64,000 bases of DNA, from assembly GCF_037042905.1 (NCBI RefSeq), contig NC_087251.1, forward strand, positions 13,394,001 through 13,458,000, given 5' to 3'. Made by a program: the position numbers and the translations under genes. The notes under the pieces are model-generated. The model did no database searches. It was not told the DNA's origin and was given only the letters and a program-made list of their open reading frames with translations. This document shows, one piece after another, positions 26,801-42,200 of this stretch; positions within the stretch are counted from its first letter, which is position 1; each line of letters opens with the position of its first letter. The DNA is from Lytechinus pictus (lineage: Eukaryota).

Positions 26801-29800
26801 AAGTTAAACTACACCTACATGTACATATATTTTTTTCCACAGAGCATTGGCATTTAGTGGATCGACACTTCTGCATGTGTATATCTACAACAATTTTCAT
26901 GTTCAGGGCTGCACAAGATATTTCACAAAAGTCCTACAAAAATATTGCAAAATACCGATGGCATGGAAAGGATGGTTTACTCAGTTATCTTAAATTAGCT
27001 TTAAATAAATGGAGAATATGATAAGGACAAGTGTCTCGTTTGTGGGGAATAAAAATGTATAAGGCTCTGTACTCTATTTAAGATACAAGTCAATCAATGT
27101 AAATTGTAATTCTGTAAATCTAAGTGAAATCATATACAAAAGTTACACACAGTTATAAGATATTTCTCATGTTACAGACCCCAGATATTCAATTGAAATA
27201 TAACATAATGGAACATGTAGTCTTAAAAATATAATGCTTCTTTATTATACTCAGTATACTTGTAGTCTGAGTTCACAAGAGTGTGAATGAATCAAGCAAG
27301 GACAAGGAGATTTCAAAAGCTGTCTCAAAAGAGGATTACATAAAGACCTTAATTCAACTTTGGATTAATATCCATGAAATCACTTCAAGCACACAAGAAT
27401 TTACCTCAAATAAGACTTAAGGGATTCTTGTAAAAGAGTGGGAGGTGAGGTTCTTTTATATGACACCCAAAATGAAACGTGTTCAATACATGGATTCTGG
27501 CAGCAAATATTTAAACATATATTTTTTTTCCAGACATGCCATAACATTAAACTAATTTGCTTTTATTATAAAGGAAAAATGAAGGAAAACCAAGTGCAAA
27601 ACTGGAGAGATGGGGACTGGATCAGTGCATGAAACAGAAGTACACTGTACTATGTTTGGCATACAAATGTTTGGTGCAACGAATAGTTAGTTCAGTCACT
27701 TAAACTCATGGTATTTTGAAGGAGGGGCAAAGTGACCAAAATGTGACTTAGCTGTACATATTTTCCTCAATGAAAGAATATGAATATCATGATAGGTGCA
27801 TAAACGACATAGCATACTCTTTTTATTACTCCTCATTATTCCTTCCCCTTTATATTTTCTCCTTTTTTTTCAATACTTTTCTCTAAAAAAATCATTGAAA
27901 ACCATAAAGGGGGCAGTCACCATCCTGCCTCCTCCCCTCCCTGATGACGCCACCCCTGATCAGGGACGTTTGTCTTTTAGAAGAGGCTCTGTCATCAGCA
28001 GCTGAGATGAGAAGTAGTACAGTGAATGATGAGGACACAGTTGCTGGAAGATTGTTTCTAATCATCCTGGATTATAAAGACAAATATTACCAAGCAGAGA
28101 GAAAGCTGTGTGCATTCATTGCCAGATGCTAAGGGCGCAGCTTTGCATTCAACCTACATGTAGAGGTCTATTCACATCTCCCCATCAGGAAAATACCTGT
28201 AAATATCAAGGACTTTAATGTTTGTATACCTCAATGTACCCAGTAATTAATGTACTTGATAATCTAAATTCACATTCACACCTGTCTCAACCAGATAAAT
28301 ATTTGAATGTTATAAGCAAAGAATATGCATTCTTCATTCCTTACATCAAAAGTTTTTTTTAAGTTTGCCTTTATAATTTGCAAATTTTCCTGAACACTAC
28401 CAAGTTCTTGTTGTTTAACAAAAAATGCAGGAAATTTCTTTAAGGGGAGGGTAACAAATATTTGCATTCACAAAGGCAAAATAGATTCATTATCACAAAA
28501 ACCAGATAATTTGTGATTGGGTAGGTGTAAAAACCCCTTATATATCTATAGTAGATATAGACTGATAATTCACTCCCACATTACTCCAGCCTCCAGTCTG
28601 ATCTCTTCCCTGAAGTATGGTTTATTGCTATGCTTCTCTGTGAATAAGGGTGGGCATGCAGGGTATTATATCCTCTTCTTTGGATTACTATGAATGGTTG
28701 GTCATTATCCTTTCTATGAACAATGGTAGATGATACTCCTCTTTGATGTCAGATGATTTCCAGATGAAAGGTTTGGAATCATTTCTTTGAAATGGAAACA
28801 CGGATCTGCCTCTCCTGTTTGTCAAAACATCTCACAAATTATAAGGGATAATATATCTCTTTATTGTGCAGGTACTAATCATCATATCATTTTGCATATT
28901 CATTTTTAAGTTTCTGAAAGATATCTTTTCATTCTTTTGATACATCACTCTGTTTTTAAGGCATGATTAATAATGGAAGACTAGCTTGGAATTTAAGTCA
29001 CGCATCAATCATACTAAATACAAAAATCAGGCAAAATATAAATCCAAAATTTAAAAAGGCGATATTAAGGAGAAACAACTTTCTATGAAGTGACAATAAA
29101 AATGCAATTTGATATTAATAATAAACATTAAAAATGATGGGGAAATATTCAGTTGGGCTGCCCATGAGATATCAAATCCTCGATTAAAATAGAATTCCCA
29201 GATATTTATGGTGTTGTTTTAATCTCGTTCATGTATACTACAGACATATGCACTCACCAGAAAACTACTTCATTTCTGTGGGGGGGGGGGGAAATAATTG
29301 AGTATGCTAATCCTACACAATAGCCGGGAGATTTCTACAAAGTCTCTCCATGTCACCCCAAGCTGACTCAACCCACCCAAATTGGACACATCACAAACGG
29401 CAGAAAGGTTGTCTTATTATGAGCATCCCTGAATTTATGCACGGAGCTAGGAGGAAGATGAAGGGAAAATGTCATAGGGCGTGTGTGGCCATTACCAGGA
29501 GCCTTTTGCTGCAGCGGCGAACACTGTTGCTCACCGTGTTAGCAGTGTATGCAGGATTGATTATATGTGTGCAGCATCGCTACTGCTGCATGCATACTGT
29601 TGTTTACTAGAAGATTCTATCGTGTGTACTCCCAACTGAGTGTGTCTGCATCATATCTGTATGAAATCAAATGATCCCTATAGAGAGCGAGTAGATGCAT
29701 TTCAATTGATTATACAAAAATCAATGGACTAATAACCAACAAAATTGTCTTATTGCATTATATGATTAGGAATGCTGGGCTTTTTGTGAGAAAAAATAAA

Positions 29801-32332
29801 ACAGAAATGACAAGAGATGGAGATAGTGAAACACAATGAAATACGCTCTGAACAAAAATGTGATCTTTTGAATCATCCATCTAGTTATGAAAATAACAAC
29901 AGCAACAATTACAATAATGATTAAGTGTTTTTATCCTCTGCAGAGTCGTCAAGGAGCCAGTTATTGTCAACTAAAATGTGTATCTTAAACATACTTGATA
30001 TAAAATCATACATAATATTCATTTTAATTATCATTTATTACAATACATCCTGTCCAAATTTGAAAAACCCAACATGAATTAAAAATGGGGGTCTACACTA
30101 TACAATATAAACAACTGGGTTGATCTTGGACCAGGAAAAGAAATGATGCTACAAAGATGCCCATGTTTTATTTGCAGGTCACCATCTATGCCTGGGGTTG
30201 CTAGAAAGGTGCAAGTCAAAGATCAATATCTCATCCTGATTGTCAAGGCAAAAAGAAAATTCTAGTGAGTGAAAAAGGTAAACTCACATACGCAGTCATA
30301 TCATAAACTGCAACTTACGTCGGATGCTTTTACTCAAAATTTCATTATAGAAAATGCTCTTTAAATGTTGCCTCCATATGAGATCAACATCCACAACCTG
30401 CTATTAACACAATAATCTAAAGAAAAATTTAAATGCATGACTGATTTGAATATTTTTTAAATATTTTTTTTTATTTAATAAGTCTGCTCTCTATAACATT
30501 TTGACATTTCTGTTTCATGAAGGTCTCATCTTCACTAGGAAGTATTTGTGAGAGATAGATCAGATCCTATGCACTGGGACTTTTTCCTCACACCTTCAAA
30601 TTAAGGGTATACTATCCCAGCCACGTTCTCCCAGCTCCCTTGATTTTACTAAATACAGCACCCTCCCATTTCCAACACACCGACAGTCTCTGGCCATGGA
30701 TGAGATAAGTGCAAGGGCGATATTCATCCCCATCAGGGAAGTAGGCCCCTCATGTTTGTAAGATGCGTGGGTGTCCAGTTTGCACGGATCTTTGACCACT
30801 AGGCGGCCGTTATCCTCAAGTAGCCGACGACATAATCATCAGAGACATATCACTGCAGCTCTCTAGAATGGGTTTTATTCTTTTAAAAAAGTCTGCATGG
30901 CTATTAAGCAATATACATGCAGCAAGCTTCTTGAGTCGAGGGAAATATAATCCAGGGAGAATTTATCCCAAGCTCTCATACGGGTACTTCATTCTCAAGA
31001 AAATCTCTTCCATATTTAATCCTATGAAGACATACTCTCATCTCAGTCTGGCAACGTGAGGTACATGATGTGCGTAATTTCAGAGAGTCATCTATGGTCG
31101 ATAGAATACATTAGACAAAGGGCAAACTGAAATACTGAATCCATTTTCCAGACTTATTGAAATTGACAAAGTGTTAAAAGAATAATTGCCATCCAATATG
31201 TCAAATTTGATTCAATTGTGCTTTGAATGTAAAATGCTGTATGATAAATCCATTTCCTGCTGTTAGTAACAAAACTGTCCTGTGTAAAAAATTCAAACTC
31301 TTTGTTAATATTTGATTTGAAGGATTTGAAAGTGACTGGAAATAGATGTGGTGGTTTGATATTGATTTGAGCAGGCCTCAATTTTTTTTTTTGCTGGACT
31401 GGATTGTCAGTGCTTGGTTGGCTTGTGGCAATGCTTGCTGTTCATAATTCAGTTCCGATTTCAGTCTGACTCCTTTTTTCATTTATCAATTCATGTTTAT
31501 AATGGAGTTCTTTTATTTTGCTTTTCTCTAAATTTCTATTTTATTTTATTATCTAGTTACTAATTTCATGTAAAGGGGCTTTGATTCATTTGATTAGGTT
31601 GAAACAATTTAAAACCCTTTTCTTTGAGGATAATGAATATTAAATCAACACAAGAGCACCTTATTACCAATTAACTTGGTTTCTATTTTGAATGACAATA
31701 TTTTTGTTTTTATGCCTGAAGGTCTTGTATCTATTAAAGGGACAAATGTTTGCTGCGTATATGTACATGGAACTAGTATTTCAAATTTCACACCTAGCAT
31801 TTAACTATGTTTTAAATCAACAAAGAATCATCAAGGACATGTTATCATAATAGAACACTTCTCTTTCTCTTTCAACTTTTGAGTTTTGACTTTAGATACA
31901 TACCATTCAGCTCCTGTTTAAACATCCATTGTTGCAATACTTCTTCCAAATAAATACTTTATCTCACAATTTTATTCCAAACACTATACAGGAATTAATG
32001 AATACATTAAAAGATGTATTTATGGTCATGATAAGTGAATCTTTCCTTTTCCTTGCATCCTTGCTCGCTTTCATACCCAACCAATCAAACAAAATACCTT
32101 GCATTTTCTGATCAGGAATCCTGAATTTTGCCAGTGTGTATATAATGTACTTGTAATTTCCCCTGAAGAAAATAACTGCAATTTTAATACAGACTACCGT
32201 AAATATTATGAGAACTTTTGTTGCAGGGGTTTTGGCAGAGTGAAAGCACACTTTATTAGGAGATCTATAAATGCAAGGTAATAAAAAAAAGTTTATATAC
32301 ATGATAGAGTCTTGTTGCTGGCTCATATTAAT

Positions 32333-33376
32333 CAGTGGCGTCACAGGCGGGGGGGCAAGCTGCCCCCCCCCCTGGCAGATTTCACCCGGAAAATATTTTT
32401 AAAAACAGGGGAAAAAATAACAGGGAGGGAGAAAGAAAGGGAAAGGGAAAAGGAAAGGGAAAAGAAAACGAAGAAAAAAAAATTTAATGGAAAAGGAAGA
32501 AAAGCGGGAAAAGGAACGAAAGAACATTTGAGAAAGAACAAATCATTCCGAAATAGGCCTATGTAATGCAATAGCATGATGGGAAATAAATTAAAAGATG
32601 ATGCTTTTTACAAATTTTCCCACATTGCTATGTTTTGCCCCCTCAAAATATTTGGTTCAACTGGGTTGAATAAATGTGTTGTGTAAAAGCTATATTCTGT
32701 ATATAACCACGATTTGATTAAAAATAGCGGCAATCTGCGAGGTTCAAATGGCTTTGATATCAAGTTCCGGGAGCTCAGACGGACCCCAACCGCATAACAC
32801 TGCCGTATATGAGTACGGGTTGGGCCATGGTCCCCAAAAGTTCTACAACCAAGAAAAAAAAGGAGGCAAGAAAAGCAATTGAAAAGTGTAGGATATAATT
32901 TTATTTACTGAATATAATGTCAAAAAATATCTCAAAGTTACATTCTCATGAAAATGTGATTTTTATTTTCGCTCGCTCGGGACTAATATTAAGCAGCTTT
33001 TTTGCACATGTGCCATACTGCGCCTCTCGTTTTTTTTACTCTTCAAGCTACTGCTGCAAAGAATCATGTTCACAGTGGCATACAGAACACAAAAAAGGAA
33101 TGGAAAGAGAGAAAAGTGAAATATATTATTCTCTGGATATCATGTCAAAATCTATCACAAAATTGGATTTTTGTATTAAAAATGTCAATTTTTTTTTGCT
33201 AGCTCGATTCGCTCGCTCGCAACTTTTTTTAAAAGATAAATTCTGCCTGATACGCAATGTCTGGCCCTCTCAAAATTGTCACCTCATTACACCATTACGC
33301 CTGTTCATACCGTGATATGACCGGGAAATTTTTGGCTCTTGCCCCCTCCTGGCCACCCACCCCTGTTACGCCGCTG
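32333..33376. mobile_element. hAT-like non-autonomous element (CAGTGGCG termini)
   Basis: cagtggcgtcacagg ... cctgttacgccgctg; purine-rich tract and gctcgctcg repeats inside; no clean 8-bp TSD recognisable. Confidence 0.7.
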
Positions 33377-36300
33377 CTAGTGCACAAAAATATATATGAT
33401 TTGTTAATTGCACCCTCACCATGCTTTTGTAACTATACCCTAGGTATGAAGAACTCTAAAGTGATTCTCTTTGAATTTGTACTTAATGAAATAGTTTTAT
33501 CTTTGGCAAACAAATGTAAAGATATGCATATATACATGGTGTTGTATTTTGGTATTAAAGTGTAAATACATGTACATCCTAAATTGCCAAAATGATGTTA
33601 TTTATGCCCATCATCTACATTACTTCTTGATAAACATGAAACACTGTAGTGGTACATCAGTTTTATTTTCAAACATGGAGACAGTGCATCTTCTGGCTGT
33701 CTAAAAATTATTTGCTTGTCTGCATAAATAATTCTTTCTCTTTCTTTTGAGGTTTTCTACTTGCTTTACCCTTGGGAGAGCAGTCTTCATCATATCCATG
33801 CTGGCTGGACTGGAAGCATGCATACATGTCCTGCGGTCACACTATAGCAATTAAGGAAAAGTAGTCTAATGTGAAATTTTACGGATTATGGCTGGAAGTT
33901 AATGCTCAGACATGCTCATCCCCAGGATGATTGCATCGGTGTCCGCAGTTCTGGCATTTCTGACGTACATGCAATAGCTGGTCAACCGCAGTATAATTGC
34001 ACTGAATATCTATTGTGGTAGAGCTTGGTCGTCAGGGTATGGATGTACAATGCTTATTTGCAGGTTTGCCTTGTGAAGGTTCTGGGGAAAATTATATACT
34101 GAATGACTTGGATATCACAACACATGACATTCAAATCAAAAAATCTTTTAAATATCTGTAAATCCAAATAAAAATAATGTCTTTCTTTGAATGTACATCT
34201 CTCGGCTTTCAGCCAGCCAAACTTGATGTGAAAGAATTTTGATATATGCAGCACATTTGGACTGAGCAAAGAGGTGCACGTCTTACCAGGGGAAACCTAA
34301 CCTTAATGGGAAAGAATACAAATGCTTTGACCAGCCCAGATCCCAAGTTCACATTCATGCTTGCTTGTGTGCATGGTTGGGACTCGTGTTCAGATTGCCA
34401 AAAGCGAAGGGATGGTGAGAAATTTTGACCAGTTCAAATCTTGGTAATCTGGATGACTTGCTTCCAGAATTTTGAGTTTGATTTGGATAGCCAAATAGAT
34501 ATTTATTTGGTCTAACATGATCTTAAGTTATGTGTAAAGGGACAAAAAGCATGAACTGAGAATCGACTCATTTCAAATCAAAGTATCAGTTTATTTGACT
34601 GGATGGAGCTTACTCCATTCCAATGCAATTTGTAAATATAATTTTTAATAGATCTGCAGAAAAAAAGTATGTTCAAGAGTTTAAGAAGCTTGATGTACAA
34701 TGCAGGAATATACTTTTTTTTTTTTGGGGGGGGGGCATTTACATGAAATCAGCAAATGTAATTATGATTTGATACTGCAAGGATAAACTAGTGGAGCAAT
34801 CATATTAAAAGGCAAAGGAAAACAAATGTGAATATAAAGAATGTTATAATTAGAGACACATATAACTACATAAACAGAACATCTACATGATACATGTACA
34901 GGTGGAAACCAACACATTACTTTTTTCAAAATTCTCACTATATGGTCTCAGGTTTTTTCAAAAGAAAGAAAATATTATCATGACATCAAATCTATTTTTG
35001 TAAGATTAAAATAGCAAAGCAGTATGTGTCTCCAAATGTACTATCTTTCATGTAAGCTGTTGATATCACAAACTCAGATTTTGATTATTTGAGGCTCTTT
35101 TCGTCGCAGTTTTTCCAAAAACGTATACACAGTGCTTCATGCCATACCAAAGTCAGGCAAACACTCCAGGACCCTGGAACACAAATTTTAATTATTGATC
35201 ATAGGGCTGATTTTACAACTGATTGCATGTATCACTACATGTAATCACTTGCACAAATCAACAATACCATCAATTACTATGCTTTGTGTAAAAGGGAACC
35301 AGATCTGAAATTGGCATCCCTGTAATGATCGACACAATAACCATGATTGCGCACCCATCCAAATGAAAAAAATGGGAACCAATTGACACCTTGCTTCGAT
35401 ATTGACATTTAGAGAAAGATGGGAGACAAGTAATTAAAGTGGTGTTGGAGGGAAGCAGGTCCATGTGAAAATATGTTGCTTCCAATAAAGAGAGTAACAA
35501 ATACAGTCAAATAAAATCTCAACCAATTTATTTTTGGTAGGGTAGGCCTTATCGAGTATGAAATGGAAATTGCAATAACAGTGTATTGAAATGAAACGAT
35601 CCAAAGCTCTCCAGTTCGTATTACCACTATATTACCTTGCTGATCCGCCAGCAATGGGTTAGAAAAGGTCATTTTATACAAAATTACCAAGAATGGAATT
35701 CATTTTGTAAAGGCTATTCAAATGGTAAAGCACATTACGTTTGTAATTGCTTGTTGCAAAATACTTGATTGATACAATAAAATTAAAGATTTTGTCATTC
35801 TGAACCATGAAAAAAAACTTTAAGATTCGAGAAGAGCCATTACAACACTAATATATCAAACTTTTCTACTGATAGAGGATCTGCAATACGAAAGAGAAAA
35901 TCAGCTATCCTTGACAGCATGAAATACGATTTAGAACACGCAAGACTTTACCATATTGACATTTATTATTAACAGACTACAGGTGCTGCTTAAAGATTAT
36001 AAACACATCAGGTTAATAACTTGAATCAATTAAAACCTAGATAAGCAGTGTCATGGGCATGTATTAGATCAGCAAAAGGAACTGTATCTATTTAGAATGT
36101 ACATGTAATGTAAAGAAAAATTAATTAAATCATTCAACTTCCAAAATTTTCTATCTTTTCCTCCCCTCTCTCTCTCTCTCTCTTTCTATTTGCTATATCA
36201 TTTATTTTCTAGAAAATGCACTATTTTCAGAATTTTGTGTTTACATTTTGAAAAATGTCTATTCATATAAAGAACAGAAAGAATTTTAAACCAAACTTTG

Positions 36301-38093
36301 ATTAAATATCTTGCAAACTGTGATTCTAGAGTGAAAAATAGTCACTTGAATGCAACTCATCATTCAAAAGGGAAATGCGTAGAGTGCACTTCTAACAGAT
36401 TTAGAAAGTATGACAGGTCAGCCAGTGATGGTCAAGGAGTGTGTTTATTAACGAGACTCAACATCCCATTAAAGATGACATTGAATCAATAATGCTTTTT
36501 ACGCTAAAGCACACATGCCATAGATTACCCCTAATGGATAGCATCGCTTTGGGATTCAAGTCCATGGATGCTGATTGTAAAGTACAATGTGTGTTGGCAT
36601 GGATCAAGAAGGCTAACACTAACCTTTCAATCATATGCTACACTCCCTACTTCATCACAATATACAATACACAATTTTATAATGTTGTATTTAGCAAGCC
36701 AAGAAGTTCACCTGCAATCCGCTCAAAGATGGGTTTATAGACGTATGCCATTTACAGTATATGATGTAAAAATAGAAATAAACTTTGACATTTAAATTTA
36801 AAGGGGCAATTGACTTGGATTCTAACTCAGAGCGCAATGTAACTAGAATAAAGATCCATATTTAATGATTGTATTATGAGTATGTTCCCATCTTCCTTAG
36901 ATCACTCTGATGGATCCGTTTATATGAAAATAACAATGTCCATAATAGCACAACAACCACACAAATACTCATGTGCCAGGCTTCATAATTTCACACAAAT
37001 AAAGAACTGCTGATCGAATTAAAGAGTATATTATTTTTAGTGGTGATGCTGCACACTTGAGGGTATTTACATGTACAATGGTACAATAGACTCAAAGTGC
37101 TAGATGAGTGCTTGTCCAAAACAATGAGAATACCCGAGGTACATCCATCTTCACATCACAAACTCAAACTTGTGCATTTATCACGTTTGATGAAAGGGAG
37201 AGTTTATAATAGAAGAAGTGTTTGAACGTCCCCCTAAACTTCAACACATTGCAGACAGGTAGGTTAATACCAACTAATCTTTTACATGTATGTTAATATG
37301 ACAGCTTTAAAACTGCAATGCAACTTCAATACTAACATGTTTATCAGGCCCAACTACTGCCTGCACGAAACAATTTTTCAATTTTTTTAATAAATGCAGA
37401 GTTACATCGCAAACTGAAAGATGCTTAAGTATGATGCACTTTCTGGACAGTGAACACATCTACGGTGTATATTCTTGCCATGGTCTTCTCTTTGAAATAC
37501 TAACATTTCATGGGCTATAAAACAAGGTAAAAATTGAGCCTAGTTTTTACACACCAAAAGTAGACCAATGGATGAAATGTGCTGAATCCAGAATATACAT
37601 GTGGATGGTTGCATAATAAAATGAGTGATGTACATGTATATATTGTAACACCCCTGAACTATAAAGCCAAAATAACACTTCTGTTACAAAGTACACTGTA
37701 CAAGTACATGTATGTAACACAAGTTCTAATCATCAGTGATTTTTGTTAGATTTTGGGCAGTTATTGTATTTGGTAGTGTACAATAAAATAAAACATTGCT
37801 CAGTAATCAGTAGCTATGTACGTGAACAGCACAGAGTATTGTTCACACTACACTGTACAGTAGATGAGCATGCATGATCCTACATGTAAATCCACCAAAG
37901 TTATTTAGAATATTCCAGCTATTCCTCTGCATGCAATGTACTTTAAGGACTGTCGCAGTTATCTCACAGTTTACTTTGTGTGCATTCCTTTTACAACATA
38001 TTCATATACTCAATGAATCTATTTGAAAAAACTACACCACTGGTGTGAATAAAGAACAACACAAGAAATTTTTAGTGATGTTAAATTCCTGAC

Positions 38094-38273
38094 GGGTGTT
38101 TCATAAAGCTGTTTGTACAGTTACAAACGACTTTACGCACGACTGGAACTTGTTCTTAGGTCATACATGTATAACTCTATTACATGTATGTAGAGATATC
38201 ACATAGCACAAGAAAGGATCACCAGTCTTGCGTAAAGTCATTTGTATCTTACAAATAGCTTTATGAAACACCC
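38094..38273. mobile_element. Palindromic MITE
   Basis: gggtgtttcataaagct...gactttacgca...gactgg pairs with ccagtc...tgcgtaaagtc...agctttatgaaacaccc. Confidence 0.85.
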
Positions 38274-38427
38274 ACCACATGTCAGACTGTCAGCTCCACA
38301 CACAGTGATATCATAGCATCGTCTTGGAGACTAATACACATGAAAATTCCAATTTGAAGGTGCAATTCTACTACCCGAGGACACAGTATTCTATTCTTCA
38401 CCAATTAGTGTAATTTGCACAACCATA

Positions 38428-39247
38428 CAGTGCGTCCCAGAAAAAATGAAACCGAGATTTAGCGATGATTTATCATAACTTAATCATAAATAAAATAGAC
38501 AAATGGCCTACCAATGTAAAGCTTAGAATCTCCTCTTTCATCTGGTATTACTTAGATTATTCCTCATTCACGCATGATTGAGCAAAAACAATTCGAAGAA
38601 AGGATGCCAAAAACTCATTTGGCGGGGGGGTATCTGAATTTCAAAAAGAAAATCACATGACTAAAAAGTTCAATATCTTTTCTTTTCTTTGATACCTAAA
38701 TCACAGAAAATGGTCAAGTAGTAAAAATGTTATGATCCCTCGAAACAATGCTTGTTTTTCCATAATTTCATTAAATAAACGTGTTTTCACCGGTTTCCCA
38801 CAGAAGCTATCGCACGGTAACAAAAGACTTAATGCATGGCTGATCGTCAACAAAACGGAGTGTCGAGTGAGTTTGAACGCTAGCCTGTAAAACCTCTTCA
38901 TTTTATGAAATTATTGAAATTCAAGCCTTATTTCAAATAACCAGAACTTTGTTATTTCTTGACCATTTTCTGTAATTGAGGTATCAAATTAAAGAGCAGA
39001 TATTGAACTTTTTAAAAATGTGGTTTTCTTTTTAAAACCCAGATACGGCCGCCAAGTGACTTTTTGGTATCCCCTTTTCAAATTGTTTTTGCTCATTCAT
39101 GCATGAATGAGAAATAATTTAAGTTATTTCAGATGAAAGAGGAGATTCTAAGCTTTAAAATGGTAGGTCATTTGTCTATTGTATTTGTGATTAAGTTATG
39201 ATAAATCATCGATAAATCTCGGTTTCGTTTTTTTGTGGGACGCACTG
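38428..39247 (-). mobile_element. Tc1/mariner-type non-autonomous element (copy 2, inverted relative to 8459-9276)
   Basis: TA|CAGTGCGTCCCA ... TGGGACGCACTG|TA; the sequence is the reverse complement of copy 1 with few differences. Confidence 0.92.
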
Positions 39248-42200
39248 TATATTCTGCTAGCAGAAAAGACTACCGGGCATTCATCACAAATTATTGTTAA
39301 GCCTATTTCCTGATAAAGCTTTTACGCAATATTTCCGCAGCAAAAGTAAGAGAATTTACACTTATTTTCACCCTTCTTGAATAGGTAAATGTGCAGATAA
39401 TTTACCCAATTGCTAAAAAAATCCAACTTAAAAAGTGCACCATTCCAAATTAACTTTATTTTGTCTTTGTGAAAATCAATGGGGTAAAAACCCAGTGAGA
39501 TAAACCCTGCAGATATGCGGCCAATGCAGACCCTGCACTGCTTAGTATCAGCACTGCTGATGCATTTTTATACAATACGCGCACAGGAAATGATGCAGTC
39601 AAGGTGTTTTTTTTTTGTCTCAAAAAAAAATTGGTAATCGAATCAACAGTATCAGTCGGTATCCATTATTTCTTGTGTGGTTGGTAGCTGATATTCTTAA
39701 TATTCTCATCTGCCTTAAAGGATAAAACATTTTTATAAATGCCCTTTCAATTTTTCATTAAATGTTTCTTTAATATTGGAATGTGTTGTAGGCTATAGAT
39801 GAGTGCAGCCCCCTAAAATATTGAAATTTGAAGGAAGTCTATCCACTTCGTACATGAAAGGAGCACTAGGCTAGTCTTGATACAAATATCTTTTTAAAAA
39901 CTTGTGTGAAATTAGGTACAATAGGTGGTTTAGCACCTTAGTATTCCAGTTGCTCGTAGATAACCTTAATATGAAAATGATTTACTGTACACTGTATATT
40001 TTCAGGATATACAGTATATGATTATGGGACACTTACATGTAGCACAATTTGTAATACACACATCAAAAATAGAAGAACAATTTCTTTTCAAAATGAAATG
40101 ATTAATGTGATGAAAGGAGGAATAAAAAGCCCTTGTCATCAATAAGTATCCTCCTTGTCATATTTCTTGAGATTGAAAATAGATTGCATTTCACAAAAAG
40201 GCCGGCAAAGACCTATAGTTAGACACCAACTAATATCTATCACCTCCCACTCGCCTCTGACTTCCAGTGCCGAGGTCCTCCCAGGCTTTCACCACCTCAA
40301 TTACTTAAATGTCAACCCCGTCATTTATTGTTAGCTGATGCTAACCCCCCCATCCAGGGGCACAACCAAGCCACATTAAAGAAAGTAATGGCGAGGAAGA
40401 AAACAAGAGCAGGGATTAGCACTAGATGAGAAATAATTGTAGGATTCAATAAAGGTATACACCGTACTGGTGCATATTAAAAAAAAGTACAATTCTGAAA
40501 TTCAAACATTTTATATATATACATTTATAACACAGACTTTAAAGCAAATTATTCCAACACTAAACAGGTTACAAAAGGCTATTCTATCTAGAAGGAAATT
40601 GCTATTTTAAAGCGTGATGATAGAGAAGAGGTAAAACTGATATCACAAAAAATCACCAAGGTCGTTCAGCAAAATTGGTAACTTTACGACAAATACAAAT
40701 TTAAAAAGAGCCTACCGGTACATGTACATTATGCAGCGACTCCAATTTTAACCAAATCATAATCAGGAATGGCTTCCACTTTTAAAGGTGAGCAAATACT
40801 GGGTTGAAACCAGTGGTTTCATTTCCAGAACTACAAAAATACATTAAAAAATGGTAAAGTTCTCAATGGATATTGATTAAAAAAAACTTGGCAAAAAAAG
40901 TTCATTATAAGGTATCACTCTGGATCAGTAGCTCAAAGAAGAAGCCGGAGAAAGACATCTCAAATTGTATCATTGAGAGCAAACTACATAAGACTTTCTG
41001 TCTAATTTTCTTGAACACCTACAAGTGTATGATAATTACTTCTGTCAATATAAAACAATTCTCTCTATGAGACATGGTCAGAAACCCTATGAAAATAATT
41101 TTGAAAAACGCCCAGCAAATTTTCCCCCATGACGTCAAACCGGTTTTCTTCAAAATCACTTCACAGCCACAGGGATTTGGCTGGAAGTGGTATGCGTCAT
41201 CTGTGTCAAGTGGACACAATAAAGATGGGATTAAGCCCTTTCAGACAAGTTGACTACCGTAAACCACTGCTTCAGTTTACTCTAGACATGGATAGTAGGA
41301 TCCATGGTGAGACCAAGTCCAAGACCCTTTTAGACCAGGTGCTATAAACTTTATTAAAGAACAGTTTGAATTGACTAGGGTTCCAGGCAATTCCTTTTTA
41401 ATTTGATTAGTCCCATACTCTACATTTATTTCAGCCCTTATTAAATCAATGACATTAACAAGATCATTCCAATCTATATAATCATCCACTTATCACAACA
41501 TATCATATTACAACTATGATTCACAAAAATGAAGGTCAAGTACTCAGCAAAACTATGCAATCTGTCTATCTACGTAAATCCCAAGCTTAGAGATCTCACA
41601 CCTTGTCATTTAAGGGTCAATCTCCATTAGCCCTGGTTTACTAAATCACACAATTCGAGCTCTAATTAGCCCTCTTTATATTAAACCTGAGATTCTAGAG
41701 ACTCCCTCTCCATCAGCCCAAGTGGGAATTTGGGCTAAATAGTATGTGCACTATGGGCCCCATCACGTTATGGTACCATGCATACACTGTAATTAATCCA
41801 GAACCAAAACTTGAATACATTTCTCCTTGTAAATTTGTTGGATAATTAACCAACAGACCAAATACATGAAGATCATTATTTTACGCAAAAAAACAAAAGT
41901 TGAATCAGGATTGTAATGTTGATATACAACATAAGAAATAGCCTAATAGTAATAATAGCGTTTGCATACAAGACAACAATCAGGAAATTAACTTGGATGT
42001 GATAGTTTGCTGAATAACTTGGGCCGATGAAGACAGACCGACACTGTAATGGTAATATGATGAGCAGTGTATACCCTTAATGAGCCTCAGGTGGAGGGCA
42101 GTCAGGGGGGTAAGAGGTACCTGGTGGCAAGGTGTTGAAGCGGCACAAAGTGATTGATACCCTAATTAGATTGGAAGTTCTGGATTAGAGCAATAACTGA

